Shown: positions 37,104 to 47,281 of the stretch, in pieces
Layout of the letters: the number at the start of each line of letters is the position of its first letter
How positions within the stretch are numbered: the stretch's first letter is position 1
Source: Lysobacteraceae bacterium
GTDB taxonomy: Bacteria > Pseudomonadota > Gammaproteobacteria > Xanthomonadales > Rhodanobacteraceae
Assembly: GCA_004143945.1 (NCBI GenBank)
Contig: SEHB01000011.1
Location: forward strand, 20,070 to 84,069
DNA: 64,000 nucleotides
Reading direction: 5' to 3'
Program-made: the position numbers and the translations under genes
Notes under the pieces: generated by a model
Told to the model about the DNA's origin: nothing
The model's input: only the letters and a program-made list of their open reading frames with translations
Databases searched by the model: none

Positions 37104-37883
37104 TCAGTCACCCAGCGCGCCGGCGGGCAGCAGCGCGCGATAGCGCCGGCTCAACAGCACTTCGCCGCCGTCGCGCAGCGAGAGCCGCAGGTCACCGTGC
37201 CCGCACGGCGTCGTCGCGACGATGCGGTCCGCGCGCACGAGGTGCGAGCGGTGCACGCGCAGGAACTCGCCCGGGTCCAGCCGCTGCGCGAGGCGCGACA
37301 GCGTCGCACGCACGAGGTGGCGCGCACCTGCCGTGTGCACGACGACATAGTTGCCGGCCGCCTCGAGACGCTGCACGTCGCCGATCGGGACGATCAGCGA
37401 ACGTCCCTGCTCGTGCACGACGATCCGGTCGAGGCGCGGCACGCGCGCGAGCCCGCCCGCAAGCCGGCGCAGCGATTCCTCGTGCGCGTCGGCGTCGCCG
37501 CGCGGCAGCGTGCGGCGCTCGGACAGCCGTGCGGCGACGCGCTCGAGGCACTGCGCGAAGCGCGCGCGATCGAAGGGTTTCAGCAGGTAGTCGAGCGCCG
37601 CGACCTCGAACGCCCGTACCGCGTGCTCGTGATAGGCGGTCGTGAACACGATGAGCGGATACGGCGGCGACGCGCGCGCGAGCAGGTCGAAGCCGTCGTC
37701 GCTGCCGAGCCGGATGTCGAGGAACAGCAGGTCCGGCGCGTGCGCACGCAGGATCGCGAGGCCTCCGGCAAGGTCGTCGGCCTCGGCGACGATGTGCCAG
37801 CCCGGATGCTGCGACAGCAGGCGGCGCAGGCGCGCGCGCGCGGGCGGTTCGTCCTCGACGATCGCGACGCGCGCGTCAGTCAT
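37104..37883 (-). CDS. LytTR-family response regulator
   Basis: Receiver EDEPP..LFLDI..FTTAY..ALDYLLKP; LytTR F.RVHRSHLV. Confidence 0.93.
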   Translation of the reverse strand: MTDARVAIVEDEPPARARLRRLLSQHPGWHIVAEADDLAGGLAILRAHAPDLLFLDIRLGSDDGFDLLARASPPYPLIVFTTAYHEHAVRAFEVAALDYLLKPFDRARFAQCLERVAARLSERRTLPRGDADAHEESLRRLAGGLARVPRLDRIVVHEQGRSLIVPIGDVQRLEAAGNYVVVHTAGARHLVRATLSRLAQRLDPGEFLRVHRSHLVRADRIVATTPCGHGDLRLSLRDGGEVLLSRRYRALLPAGALGD

Positions 37884-38961
37884 CGGTCGCGATCGGGAGG
37901 TCGAGTCGCACGCATGTTCCGCCACCGGGGCGCGCGAGGATGTCCAGCGCATGCGCGCCGGGATGGAGGATCGCGAGCCGGCTGCGCACGTTCGCGAGGC
38001 CTGTGCCATCGGCGGATCCGGCGGCGAAACCGGCGCCGTCGTCGTCGACCGTGCACAGCAGGCGTGCGCCTTCGCGCCGGATCGTCACCACCACGCTGCC
38101 GCGTCCCGACGCAAGGCCGTGCTGGAACGCGTTCTCGACCAGCGGCTGCAGCAGCAGGCGGGGAATGCGCAGCGCGCACGCCGCCGGATCGACCTCGATG
38201 CGCGTCTCGAGCTTGCCGCGGAACCGCTCGCGCATGAGGTCGAGATAGCGCTCGAGCCACGCGACCTCCTCGGCCACCGACACCCGCGTGGCACCCGACT
38301 CGACGAGCGCCGCGCGCATGAGGCCCGCGAACGCGGCGATCATGCGGTCGGCCGCCTCGACGTCCTCGTGCATCCGGTTCGCGATCGCATTGAGCGTGTT
38401 GAACATGAAATGCGGCTCGATCTGCGCGGTGAGCTGGGCCAGTCGCGCGTCGACGAGGTCTCGCTCGAGCCGCAGCATCGCGAGTTCGCGCTCGCGCCGC
38501 CGACGCAGCGCGCGGAGGCCGACGCACGCGGCGGCGATGAGCCCGTAGCTGATCAGGTCCTTCTGCAGTTCGTAGGCGTAGCCGAGCAGCGGATCGCCGA
38601 AGTCGTAGGTGCGTGACTGGAGCAGGTACACGCCCTTGCGGATCGCGACCATGCCGACGGTATGCAGCAGCGAGAACACCGGCACCGCGAGCAGGTGCGG
38701 CCACAGCCGGCGCGTCCAGCCCGCGCCCGAGAGCGGGAAGCGCCGCTCGAACGCCGCGAGCGCGAGCGCGAGCAGCGCCATCACGGCCGCGCTGCTGAGT
38801 TCCCAGGTCATCGGCTCCCATGGCGGGATCGTCTCGCCGCTGTTGCGGTGGCCGACGACGACGTTGATGCCGAGCCAGAGTCCGATCGCGAGCCAGGCCG
38901 CCGCATAGGCGAGCCAGCCGCGCCAGTGCCGGCCGCGCGATCGTCCGGATTCGCCCGTCAT
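37876..38961 (-). CDS. LytS/YehU-type membrane sensor histidine kinase
   Basis: About 4 TM helices; QIEPHFMFNTLN, LLQPLVENAFQHG, DDGAG, GTGLANV; GAGGAG RBS. Confidence 0.92.
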   Translation of the reverse strand: MTGESGRSRGRHWRGWLAYAAAWLAIGLWLGINVVVGHRNSGETIPPWEPMTWELSSAAVMALLALALAAFERRFPLSGAGWTRRLWPHLLAVPVFSLLHTVGMVAIRKGVYLLQSRTYDFGDPLLGYAYELQKDLISYGLIAAACVGLRALRRRRERELAMLRLERDLVDARLAQLTAQIEPHFMFNTLNAIANRMHEDVEAADRMIAAFAGLMRAALVESGATRVSVAEEVAWLERYLDLMRERFRGKLETRIEVDPAACALRIPRLLLQPLVENAFQHGLASGRGSVVVTIRREGARLLCTVDDDGAGFAAGSADGTGLANVRSRLAILHPGAHALDILARPGGGTCVRLDLPIATDD

Positions 38962-39072
38962 CGGCGACGCTCCTCGCGGCGGCGTGGAGGGATCGCGCGC
39001 ATCACCGGTCGCGCGGTCACGCTCCATCGTCGGCACGCGGCAACGACGCGCCACGGGACGCCACGCAGGCCT

Positions 39073-39453
39073 TCACGCCGGCGGATCGGCGAGCGTCGCC
39101 TGCAATTTCTTCGACAGGTTCGCGCGAACGAGTTCGTAGGAACGGCGCACGTACGCCGCGAGTTCGGCGCGGTCGAAGCGCTCGGGTTCGGTCACGCTGA
39201 TCCAGAACGCGCGCGCCATGTAGTGCGCGGGCGCCATGCCGGGCTGGTCGCCGAGTTCAAGGAAGCGTTCGGGATCGACCTTGAACGACAGGCGCCCGCG
39301 TTCGGGTCCGATCGTGCACATCACCGCGAACATCGTGTTCGCGACGCTGTAGACGAGGTCGACTTCCCACTTGACCGAGTGCGTGACGCCGGGCCAGCCG
39401 CCGCACAGTGCCTCGAGGTCGGCCTCGCCCATGCCCGTCACCGGCTGCTCCAT
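39073..39453 (-). CDS. MmcQ/YjbR-family protein
   Basis: KWEVDLVYSV..MFA, SFKV, PAHYMARAFWISV, SYELV. Confidence 0.88.
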   Translation of the reverse strand: MEQPVTGMGEADLEALCGGWPGVTHSVKWEVDLVYSVANTMFAVMCTIGPERGRLSFKVDPERFLELGDQPGMAPAHYMARAFWISVTEPERFDRAELAAYVRRSYELVRANLSKKLQATLADPPA

Positions 39454-39533
39454 CCCACCCCCGTTCAGCTGCCGGCTTGCGGCGCTCCGCGACGCGCCGT
39501 CGCATTGGCGATGCCGATCTGCGGCATCATGTC

Positions 39534-39547
39534 CTGATCCAGGTCAA
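39534..39547 (+). promoter_or_regulatory. Putative FNR/ANR box upstream of ccoN
   Basis: CTGAT-CCAG-GTCAA, 8/10 match to TTGAT-N4-ATCAA, 54 bp before ccoN ATG. Confidence 0.65.
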
Positions 39548-39600
39548 TCCGCGATCGAGCGAATTGGCCGAAAATACGCGGTCAACAGCCCTGGTGCAGC

Positions 39601-41067
39601 ATGCCGAACACCGAAACCTACAACGACCACGTGGTCCGACTGTTCCTGCTCGCCGCGGCGATCTGGGGCATCGTCGGCATGGGCCTCGGCGTCTTCGTCG
39701 CGGCCCAGCTCGCCTGGCCCGCGCTCAATTTCGACCAGCCCTGGCTCACGTTCAGTCGCCTGCGCCCGGACCACACCTTCGGCGTGATCTTCGCGTTCGG
39801 CGGTTCGGCGCTGATGGGCACCTGCTACTACATCGTGCAACGCACGGGCCACACGCGACTCGCGCTGCCGCGCCTCGCCAACCTCACGTTCTGGGGATGG
39901 CAGCTCGCCTGCGTGCTCGCGATGGTGACCATACCGCTCGGGTTCACCCAGAGCAAGGAATACGCCGAGGCCGAGTGGCCCATCGACGTGCTGATCGCGG
40001 TGGTCTGGGTCAGTTTCGGCACGGTCTTCTTCGGCACGCTGCGGCGCCGGCGCATCCAGCACATCTACGTCGCGAACTGGTACTACGGCGCGTTCATCAT
40101 CGCGGTCGGCCTCCTGCACATCGTGAACAACCTCGTGCTGCCGGTGTCGCTGTTCAAGTCGTACCCGATCTACTCGGGCACCGTCGATGCGATGGTGCAA
40201 TGGTGGTACGGCCACAACGCGGTCGCGTTCTTCCTGACCGCGGGCTTCCTCGGGATGATGTACTACTTCGTGCCGCGCCAGGCGCAGCAGCCGCTCTGGA
40301 GCTACCGCTTCTCGATCGTCAATTTCTGGGCGCTGATCTCGGTCTACATGTGGGCCGGCTCGCACCACCTGATGTACACCGCGCTGCCCGACTGGGTGCA
40401 GTCGGTCGGCATGGCGTTCTCGCTCGTGCTTCTGATGCCGAGCTGGGGCTCGGCCGCCAACGGCCTGCTCACGTTCAATGGCTCCTGGCACAAGCTCAAG
40501 ACCGACCCGGCCGCGAAGTTCATGGTGCTCGCGCTGGTGTTCTACGCAGCCTCGACGCTCGAAGGCTCGATGATGGCGATCAAGTCGGTCAATGCGCTTT
40601 CGCACTACACCGACTGGACCATCGCGCACGTGCACGCGGGCTCGATCGGCTGGGTCGCGATGATCACGATCGGATCGCTGTACGCGATGGCGCCGCGCGC
40701 GCTCGGCAAGCCCGAGATGCACTCGCGCGGCGCGATGGAATGGCATTTCTGGCTGCACACCTCGGGCCTGCTGCTGTACGTGATCTCGATGTGGGCGGCG
40801 GGCGTGACCGAAGCGCTGATGTGGCGCGCAACCGGCGACGACGGCTCGCTGACGTACGCGTTCATCGACAGCCTGATCGCGGTCAAGCCGCTGTACCTCG
40901 TGCGCTTCCTCGGCGGCGTGCTGATCGTCACCGGCATGGTCGTGATGGCATGGAACCTGTGGCACACCGCTTCGGATGCGCGCAAGCACCTGATCTCGCC
41001 GATCCCGGTGCCGATCCCCGAGCCCGTGCCGCACCAGGTCCCGGCGCCGCTGCCGGTGGCGGGCTGA
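39601..41067 (+). CDS. ccoN: cbb3-type cytochrome c oxidase subunit I
   Basis: [31 protein letters not shown] His ligands. Confidence 0.97.
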   Translation: MPNTETYNDHVVRLFLLAAAIWGIVGMGLGVFVAAQLAWPALNFDQPWLTFSRLRPDHTFGVIFAFGGSALMGTCYYIVQRTGHTRLALPRLANLTFWGWQLACVLAMVTIPLGFTQSKEYAEAEWPIDVLIAVVWVSFGTVFFGTLRRRRIQHIYVANWYYGAFIIAVGLLHIVNNLVLPVSLFKSYPIYSGTVDAMVQWWYGHNAVAFFLTAGFLGMMYYFVPRQAQQPLWSYRFSIVNFWALISVYMWAGSHHLMYTALPDWVQSVGMAFSLVLLMPSWGSAANGLLTFNGSWHKLKTDPAAKFMVLALVFYAASTLEGSMMAIKSVNALSHYTDWTIAHVHAGSIGWVAMITIGSLYAMAPRALGKPEMHSRGAMEWHFWLHTSGLLLYVISMWAAGVTEALMWRATGDDGSLTYAFIDSLIAVKPLYLVRFLGGVLIVTGMVVMAWNLWHTASDARKHLISPIPVPIPEPVPHQVPAPLPVAG

Positions 41068-41077
41068 GGAGGACACG

Positions 41078-41737
41078 ATGGCCAAGGGCTACCAGTATTT
41101 CGAGGCGATCGAGAAGCATGCCGGCAAGCTCGGCATCGCGATCGCGATCATGGTGTCGCTCGGCGGACTCGCCGAGATCACGCCGCTGTTCATGCGCGCG
41201 CACGCGATCGCGCCGACCGCCGACGTCGTGCCGTACGACCCGCTGCGGCTCGCCGGCAAGGACATCTACGTGCGCGAGGGCTGCTACCTCTGCCACACCC
41301 AGATGATCCGTGCGCTGCGCGCGGAGACGCAGCGCTACGGCCACTACTCGGTCGGCGAAGAGTCGGTCTACGACCGCCCGCACCAGTGGGGTTCCAAGCG
41401 CACCGGCCCCGATCTCGCGCGCATCGGCGGCAAGTACTCCGACGAGTGGCAGCGCCTGCACCTGATCGATCCGCGCAAGGTCGTCCCGGAATCGAACATG
41501 CCGGGCTACCCGTGGCTCGAGAACGAGCCGATCGACGCGGACGACATCATGGCGCGCATGCGCACGCTGCGCACGCTCGGCGATCCGTACGCCGACGCGG
41601 ACATCGCATCGGCGCCGAAGGCGCTCGAAGGCAAGACCGCGCTCGACGCGCTGGTCGCGTACCTGCAGGGACTCGGCACCGCGCGCGGCGCGCAGCCCGG
41701 CATCGTGCAGCCGACCCACGCAGGCGCGACGCCATGA
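41078..41737 (+). CDS. ccoO: cbb3 oxidase monoheme subunit II
   Basis: GKDIYVREGCYLCH, WGSKRTGPDL, SNMPGY. Confidence 0.97.
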   Translation: MAKGYQYFEAIEKHAGKLGIAIAIMVSLGGLAEITPLFMRAHAIAPTADVVPYDPLRLAGKDIYVREGCYLCHTQMIRALRAETQRYGHYSVGEESVYDRPHQWGSKRTGPDLARIGGKYSDEWQRLHLIDPRKVVPESNMPGYPWLENEPIDADDIMARMRTLRTLGDPYADADIASAPKALEGKTALDALVAYLQGLGTARGAQPGIVQPTHAGATP

Positions 41738-41889
41738 ACCCGATCTGGGGCCACGTGGCAGGCGTGATCACCGTGATCCTGATGCTGAGCTTCATCGGCA
41801 CCTGGATCTGGGTCTGGAACAAGCGCCACAAGAAGAAGTACGACGCGCTCGCGCGCATCCCGATGAAGGACGGAGAAGACGAGCCATGA
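41734..41889 (+). CDS. ccoQ: cbb3 oxidase small subunit
   Basis: 51 aa MNPIWGHVAGVITVILMLSFIGTWIWVWNKRHKKKYDALARIP; ATGA overlaps on both sides. Confidence 0.9.
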   Translation: MNPIWGHVAGVITVILMLSFIGTWIWVWNKRHKKKYDALARIPMKDGEDEP

Positions 41890-42785
41890 GCCTCGGCTGG
41901 TCGTTGTGGGTGATGTTCCTCGTGGTGCTCAACATGGGCATCACGTTCTTCCTGTTCATCTGGGGACAGCGCGTCGAGATCCCGGTGCAGCCCGACGGCA
42001 CCAGCGGCCACGTCTGGGCGCACGGCGTGCTGCGCGAGGGCGTGCGCAAGCTGCCACGCTGGTGGGTGTTCCTGTCGGCGAGCATGTTCGCCTGGGGCCT
42101 CGCCTACCTCGCGCTGTATCCGGGCTTCGGCAATTCGAAGGGACTGCTCGGCTGGACCTCGCACGGCCAGCTCGCCGACGACATCGCGGCGATGAACTCG
42201 CGCATCGGCGAGTACAAGCAGTTCTACCTGTCGCTGCCGATCTCCAAGCTCTCGACCAATCCGTCGGCGGTGCGCATCGGCGAACGCATGTTCGTCGACA
42301 ACTGCGCGGGCTGCCACGGCCGCACCGCGCAGGGCAACGTGCTGCTCGGTGCACCCGATCTCACCGACACCGACTGGCTGTACGGCGGCGACGAGGAGGC
42401 GATCCGCGCGAGCATCCTCGAAGGACGCCACGGCACGATGCCGCCGCTCGGTCCCGCGCTCGGCGAAGGCGGCACCGACAAGCTCGCGAACTACGTGCTG
42501 AGCCTGTCCGGGGCGCCGCACGACAAGGCGGCCGCGGCGGCGGGCCAGGTGCAGTTCCCGGTCTGCGCGGCGTGCCATGGCGTCGACGGCAAGGGCAACA
42601 CGGCGCTCGGTGCACCCGACCTCACCGATTCGATCTGGCTCTACGGTGGCGACCTCGAGACGATCCGGCACACGATCGACCACGGTCGCGGCGGACGGAT
42701 GCCCGCGTGGAAGTCGCGTCTCGACGATGCCGAGGTGCACGTGATCATGGCCTGGCTGCACGCGCAGTCGAAAGGCAGGGGCTGA
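41886..42785 (+). CDS. ccoP: cbb3 oxidase diheme subunit III
   Basis: GHVW, LPRWW, CAGCH and CAACH heme motifs. Confidence 0.96.
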   Translation: MSLGWSLWVMFLVVLNMGITFFLFIWGQRVEIPVQPDGTSGHVWAHGVLREGVRKLPRWWVFLSASMFAWGLAYLALYPGFGNSKGLLGWTSHGQLADDIAAMNSRIGEYKQFYLSLPISKLSTNPSAVRIGERMFVDNCAGCHGRTAQGNVLLGAPDLTDTDWLYGGDEEAIRASILEGRHGTMPPLGPALGEGGTDKLANYVLSLSGAPHDKAAAAAGQVQFPVCAACHGVDGKGNTALGAPDLTDSIWLYGGDLETIRHTIDHGRGGRMPAWKSRLDDAEVHVIMAWLHAQSKGRG

Positions 42786-42798
42786 GGCCGCCACCACG

Positions 42799-43020
42799 AT
42801 GGCCCGCGATCCGACAGCGCGCGGCGGCTGGTACCGGCAACCGGTCGCCTGGCTCGGCCTCGCGATCCTCGTCGCGTCGCTCGCAGGCTGCATCTGGATG
42901 ATCGTGCTCGGTGCGCGGCATGCGGACGAACCGGTGCCCACCGGCGCGCGCGTGTTCAAGGTGCCGACGACCGCACCCGCCGACGCGCCGCCCGAGCGAC
43001 CACCCGAGCCCGCGCAATGA
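42799..43020 (+). CDS. Short FixH/CcoH-like membrane peptide (73 aa)
   Basis: WYRQPVAWL.....one TM helix, typical FixH N-terminus only; position in the cco operon. Confidence 0.65.
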   Translation: MARDPTARGGWYRQPVAWLGLAILVASLAGCIWMIVLGARHADEPVPTGARVFKVPTTAPADAPPERPPEPAQ

Positions 43021-45461
43021 CCAAGGACGCGCACGCGTGCTGGCACTGCGGCGAGGCGCTGCCCGAGCGCGACGCGCCGGTCGCGATGATCGCCGGACAG
43101 CCGCGCGCGATGTGCTGCCAGGGCTGCCGCGCCGCAGCCGAGTGGATCGAACACCTCGGCCTCGCCGACTACTACCGCCTGCGCAGCGAACCCGCGCAAC
43201 GCCCTTCCGCGGCGCCCGCGCCCGGACAGGCATGGTCGCGTCCGGGCATCGAACGCCACCTCGTGCGCGATGCCGCCGACGGCACGCGCGAAGCCGTGCT
43301 GCTCGTCGACGGCATCCGCTGCAGCGCCTGCGTCTGGCTCATCGAACGCTCGCTCGGCGCGCTGCCCGGCATCGAGCGCGTGCAGGTCAACGCGACCGCG
43401 CGCCGCGCGCGCGTGGTGTGGCGCCCCGACCTCGCCTCGCTCGAGCAGGTGGTCGAGGCGCTCGCACGCACCGGCTACGAAGCGCTGCCGCTCGACGCCG
43501 AAGCGATCGACGACGCGCGCCAGCGCGAATCGCGCGCGGCGCTCAAGCGCCTGGTCGTCGCGGGCTTCGGCGCGATGCAGGCGATGATGTACGCGACCGG
43601 ACTCTATCTCGGTGCATTCCACGGCATCGATGACAGCACGCGCGACCTGCTGCGCTGGTTCGGACTGCTCGTCGCGACGCCGGTGGTGTTCTACTCCGCG
43701 CGCCCGTTCTTCGAAGGCGCGCGCCGCGCGCTGCGCGCGCGCGTCCTCGGCATCGACGTACCGGTCGCGCTCGCGATCGCGCTGATCTACGCGGCGAGCG
43801 TGTTCGAAGCGCTGCGCGGCGGCGTCGAGGTGTACTTCGACTCGGTCAGCATGTTCGTGTTCATCCTGCTGGTCGGGCGCCATCTCGAGATGCGCGCGCG
43901 TCATCGCGCGGGCGACCTCACCGACGCACTCGCGCGACTCGCGCCGCGCTTTGCCGACCGCATCCGCGACGACGGCTCGCTCGAACGCGTCGGCGCGGCG
44001 GAACTGAAGCCCGGCGATCGCGTGCACGTCGCCGAAGGCAGCGGCGTACCCGCGGATGGCACGCTCGCGAGCGCAGCTTGCCGCGTCGACGAGGCGCTGC
44101 TCTCGGGCGAGTCGGCGCCGGTGCGCAAGCGCCGCGGCGATCCGCTCGTCGCGGGCAGCCTGCTCGTCGAAGGCCCGGCCGAGCTGCTCGTCGAGCGCGT
44201 CGGCTCCGAGACGGTGCTCGCCGGCATCGCGCTGCTCGTCACGCGCGCGGCGACGACGCGGCCGCGCCTCGCGCAGGCCGGCGAACGCGCGGCCGCCGGT
44301 TTCGTCGCGCGCGTGCTCGTGCTCGCGGCGCTGACCGCGATCGGCTGGATCCTCGTCGACCCGTCGCGCGCGTTCGCGGCGACGCTCTCGGTGCTCGTCG
44401 TGTCCTGCCCGTGCGCGTTCGCGCTCGCGGTGCCCGCCGCGCTGACGCGCGCACTCGCCGTGCTCGCGGGCTCGGGCGTGCTCGTGGTGAAGCCCGATGC
44501 GATCGAACACCTCGCGGGCGCGACGCACGTGGTGTTCGACAAGACCGGCACGCTGACCGAACCCGAACTCGATCTCGACCGCATCGAAACCGCCCCCGGC
44601 ATCGACCGCGACGAAGCACTTGCGCTCGCGACCGCACTCGCGCGCGGCAGCCGCCATCCGGCCTCGCGCGCGATCGCGCTGCACGGCGCCGAACTCGCGC
44701 CGCGCAACGCGACCGATGTCGCGGCCGAAGCCGGCGGCGGCCTCTCCGGAACCATCGATGCACGGCGCCTCCGGCTCGGTCGCGCCGACTACGCACTGCC
44801 CGATCGCGTGATCGCCGACGAACACGAGGACGCAGTCGTGCTCGCCGACGAGCGCGGCCTTGTCGCGGCGTTCCACCTCTCCGAGCGCGTGCGCGCGGGC
44901 GCGCAGGACGCGGTGGCCGCGCTGCGCGCCTCGGGACTGTCGCTCGAGATCGCGAGCGGCGACGCGCCTTCGAAGGTCGCCGCGGTCGCCACGCGTCTCG
45001 GCATCGACGCATGGCACGCGCGCCTGCGGCCCGCCGACAAGCTCGCGCGGCTCGCCGACCTGCGCGAACACGGCGCGCGCGTCGTCGCGGTCGGCGACGG
45101 CATCAACGACGCACCGGTGCTCGCGGGCGCCGACGTCGCGGTCGCGCTCGCGAGCGGCGCCGAACTGGCGCAGGCCGCGAGCGACATCGTGCTCGCGGGC
45201 GAACGCCTCGACGCCCTTGCGGGCGCGCGCGCGACCGCGCGCGAAACGATGGCGATCCTGCGCCAGAACCAGCGCTGGGCGCTCGGCTACAATCTCGTCG
45301 CCGTACCGTTCGCCGCATTCGGCTTCGTGCCGCCGTGGCTCGCCGCGATCGGCATGTCGCTGAGCTCGCTCGTCGTCGTGCTCAACGCGCTGCGCATCGG
45401 CCGGCGCGCGCAGGCTGGCCCGGCGATCGCCGCGCCGACACGCCGCGAGGTGGCCGCATGA
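43017..45461 (+). CDS. ccoI: Cu-translocating P1B-type ATPase for cbb3 assembly (CcoI/FixI)
   Basis: CWHC...CCQGC, CSAC, TGES-like LSGES, SCPC, DKTGT, GDGIND. Confidence 0.95.
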   Translation: MTKDAHACWHCGEALPERDAPVAMIAGQPRAMCCQGCRAAAEWIEHLGLADYYRLRSEPAQRPSAAPAPGQAWSRPGIERHLVRDAADGTREAVLLVDGIRCSACVWLIERSLGALPGIERVQVNATARRARVVWRPDLASLEQVVEALARTGYEALPLDAEAIDDARQRESRAALKRLVVAGFGAMQAMMYATGLYLGAFHGIDDSTRDLLRWFGLLVATPVVFYSARPFFEGARRALRARVLGIDVPVALAIALIYAASVFEALRGGVEVYFDSVSMFVFILLVGRHLEMRARHRAGDLTDALARLAPRFADRIRDDGSLERVGAAELKPGDRVHVAEGSGVPADGTLASAACRVDEALLSGESAPVRKRRGDPLVAGSLLVEGPAELLVERVGSETVLAGIALLVTRAATTRPRLAQAGERAAAGFVARVLVLAALTAIGWILVDPSRAFAATLSVLVVSCPCAFALAVPAALTRALAVLAGSGVLVVKPDAIEHLAGATHVVFDKTGTLTEPELDLDRIETAPGIDRDEALALATALARGSRHPASRAIALHGAELAPRNATDVAAEAGGGLSGTIDARRLRLGRADYALPDRVIADEHEDAVVLADERGLVAAFHLSERVRAGAQDAVAALRASGLSLEIASGDAPSKVAAVATRLGIDAWHARLRPADKLARLADLREHGARVVAVGDGINDAPVLAGADVAVALASGAELAQAASDIVLAGERLDALAGARATARETMAILRQNQRWALGYNLVAVPFAAFGFVPPWLAAIGMSLSSLVVVLNALRIGRRAQAGPAIAAPTRREVAA

Positions 45462-45655
45462 CGATCCTCATCGTGATGATCCCACTGTCGATCCTGCTGC
45501 TGATCGGCGCGGGCATCGCATTCTTCTGGGCGGTCGACCACGACCAGTTCGACGACATGAAGACGCCCGCGTTGCTGCCGCTGCTGGATCCGCCCGATGC
45601 ATCGGAAGCGCAGCACGCAACCGGGCACCGCGACGACGCGGAAACGCGCGAGTGA
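45458..45655 (+). CDS. ccoS: cbb3 oxidase maturation protein CcoS/FixS
   Basis: MTILIVMIPLSILL...FFWAVDHDQFDD; ATGA overlap with ccoI. Confidence 0.9.
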   Translation: MTILIVMIPLSILLLIGAGIAFFWAVDHDQFDDMKTPALLPLLDPPDASEAQHATGHRDDAETRE

Positions 45656-46383
45656 ACAACGGCCTGACCCTGTTCGCCGCGCTGCTGCTCGGGCTTGCCG
45701 CGAGCGGCCACTGCCTCGTGATGTGCGGCGGCATTTCGGGCGCGCTCGGCATCGCGACCGCGAAGCGCGCGGACGGCCGGCCGCGACCCGGCCTGCTCGC
45801 GGGTTACCAGGCCGGTCGCATCCTTTCCTACACGCTCGCGGGGCTGCTCTCCGGCGGCGTGCTCGGCGGCGCGATCGCACTGCTCGACGTCGACGCCGTC
45901 CGCAATGGCCTGCGCGTGCTGTCCGCGTGCGCGCTGCTGCTCGGCGCATTCGTCGCGTTCGGCCGCGTGCGCGATCCCGGCTTCGGCATCGGCCGGCGCA
46001 TCTGGCCCAAGCTCGCGCCGCTCGGACGCAAGCTGCTGCCGGTCGACACCCTGCCGCGCGCACTCGGCTTCGGCATGGTCTGGGGCTGGATGCCCTGCGG
46101 CTTCGTCTACACCGTGCTGCTGATCGCGGCGCTGCAACTCGATCCATGGCGCGCGGCCGCGACGATGGCTGCGTTCGGCCTCGGCACCGCACCTGCGATG
46201 CTCGCGACCGCATTCGGCGCGCAGCGCTGGTTCGGCTTCGCCGCGCGCCCGGGCGGCCGCCGCCTCGCGGGCGCGGTGCTGCTCGCGAGCGCCGCGCTGA
46301 CGCTCGCGGGACCGTGGCTGGTCGGTCATGCGCCGTGGTTGCATGGGTGGCTGCCGTTCGATTGCGGCGTGCCGGGGCACTGA
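45652..46383 (+). CDS. DsbD_2 / TauE-SafE-like cbb3 assembly membrane protein
   Basis: HCLVMCGGI, GRILSY, GWMPCGFVY, FGLGTAP. Confidence 0.88.
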   Translation: MNNGLTLFAALLLGLAASGHCLVMCGGISGALGIATAKRADGRPRPGLLAGYQAGRILSYTLAGLLSGGVLGGAIALLDVDAVRNGLRVLSACALLLGAFVAFGRVRDPGFGIGRRIWPKLAPLGRKLLPVDTLPRALGFGMVWGWMPCGFVYTVLLIAALQLDPWRAAATMAAFGLGTAPAMLATAFGAQRWFGFAARPGGRRLAGAVLLASAALTLAGPWLVGHAPWLHGWLPFDCGVPGH

Positions 46384-46448
46384 CGCACGCGCGTTCCGGG
46401 CTGGCGCGCGGCGTACACTCCTGGCATGAGCCTTCCACGCGCCCTTCA

Positions 46449-47018
46449 ATGAATACCAAGCGCACGCGCCGCCCGCGCAGCAAGCGCCTCGTGCTCGCCG
46501 ACGGCTTCGTGCTGCACGTGCGTCCGATCCGTCCCGACGACGTCGACGCGCTGCGGCGCGGCTTCGCGCGGCTGACGCCGGAGCAGGTGCGGCTGCGCGT
46601 GTTCCATCGCATGAACGATCTTTCCGAGGAGATCGCGGAGCGGCTCTGCAACGTGCGCGAGGAGCATGGCGCGGCGTTCGTGGCGACCGATGCGGACGGC
46701 GAGATCCGCGCCGAGGCGCGCCTCTACATCGGGCCGACGCCCGATCGCGCGGAGTTCGCGCTCGTCGTCGATCCCGCGCTCGTCGGCAAGGGCGCAGGGC
46801 GCGCGCTGATGCAGCGGCTGCTCGATGAGGCGCGGCGGCGCGGGCTCGTCGATCTCTGGGGCGCGGTGCTGACCGAGAACGTCAACATGCTCGATCTCGC
46901 ACAGCATCTCGGCGCGACGCGCGAGGCCGTTCCGGGTGAACCCGGCCTCGTGCATGTGCGCTTCGACCTCGAAGATGCGCGGGTGGGCGCGGCGCCGCGA
47001 GCGTCCGATCGGGACTGA
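46449..47018 (+). CDS. GNAT acetyltransferase (Pat-like GNAT domain, stand-alone)
   Basis: VRPIRPDD, RLRVF, AEFALVV..GKGAG..LM, VLTEN..ML.LA. Confidence 0.85.
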   Translation: MNTKRTRRPRSKRLVLADGFVLHVRPIRPDDVDALRRGFARLTPEQVRLRVFHRMNDLSEEIAERLCNVREEHGAAFVATDADGEIRAEARLYIGPTPDRAEFALVVDPALVGKGAGRALMQRLLDEARRRGLVDLWGAVLTENVNMLDLAQHLGATREAVPGEPGLVHVRFDLEDARVGAAPRASDRD

Positions 47019-47181
47019 CGTTCCTCCCGCAAGAATGGCGCGAGCCCGTGGGCCTTGTGGGAGGGGCTTCAGCCCCGAGCGCTTCGCCTGATCCATCGGG
47101 ACTGAAGTCCCTCCCACAAGACTCCGACCATCAGCCTCCACAGCGCCGGCTTCGCTGCCATGGGAGGGACCTCAACCCCGA
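47009..47181. repeat. REP cluster (one intact REPIN with degenerate flanking REPs)
   Basis: Inverted REP 47009-47031, forward 47056-47078, inverted 47096-47118, degenerate forward 47159-47181. Confidence 0.88.
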
Positions 47182-47216
47182 GCGCTTCGCGCGAAGCATC
47201 GCCGCTCGGGCGCCGC

Positions 47217-47225
47217 TGGTACAAT
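47217..47225 (+). promoter_or_regulatory. Extended -10 upstream of mfd
   Basis: TGGTACAAT. Confidence 0.55.
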
Positions 47226-47281
47226 CGATGCTTTCGCGCCGCGCATTCGTCAGCCGCGACGCCGACGCCGTTCCGATCCCG

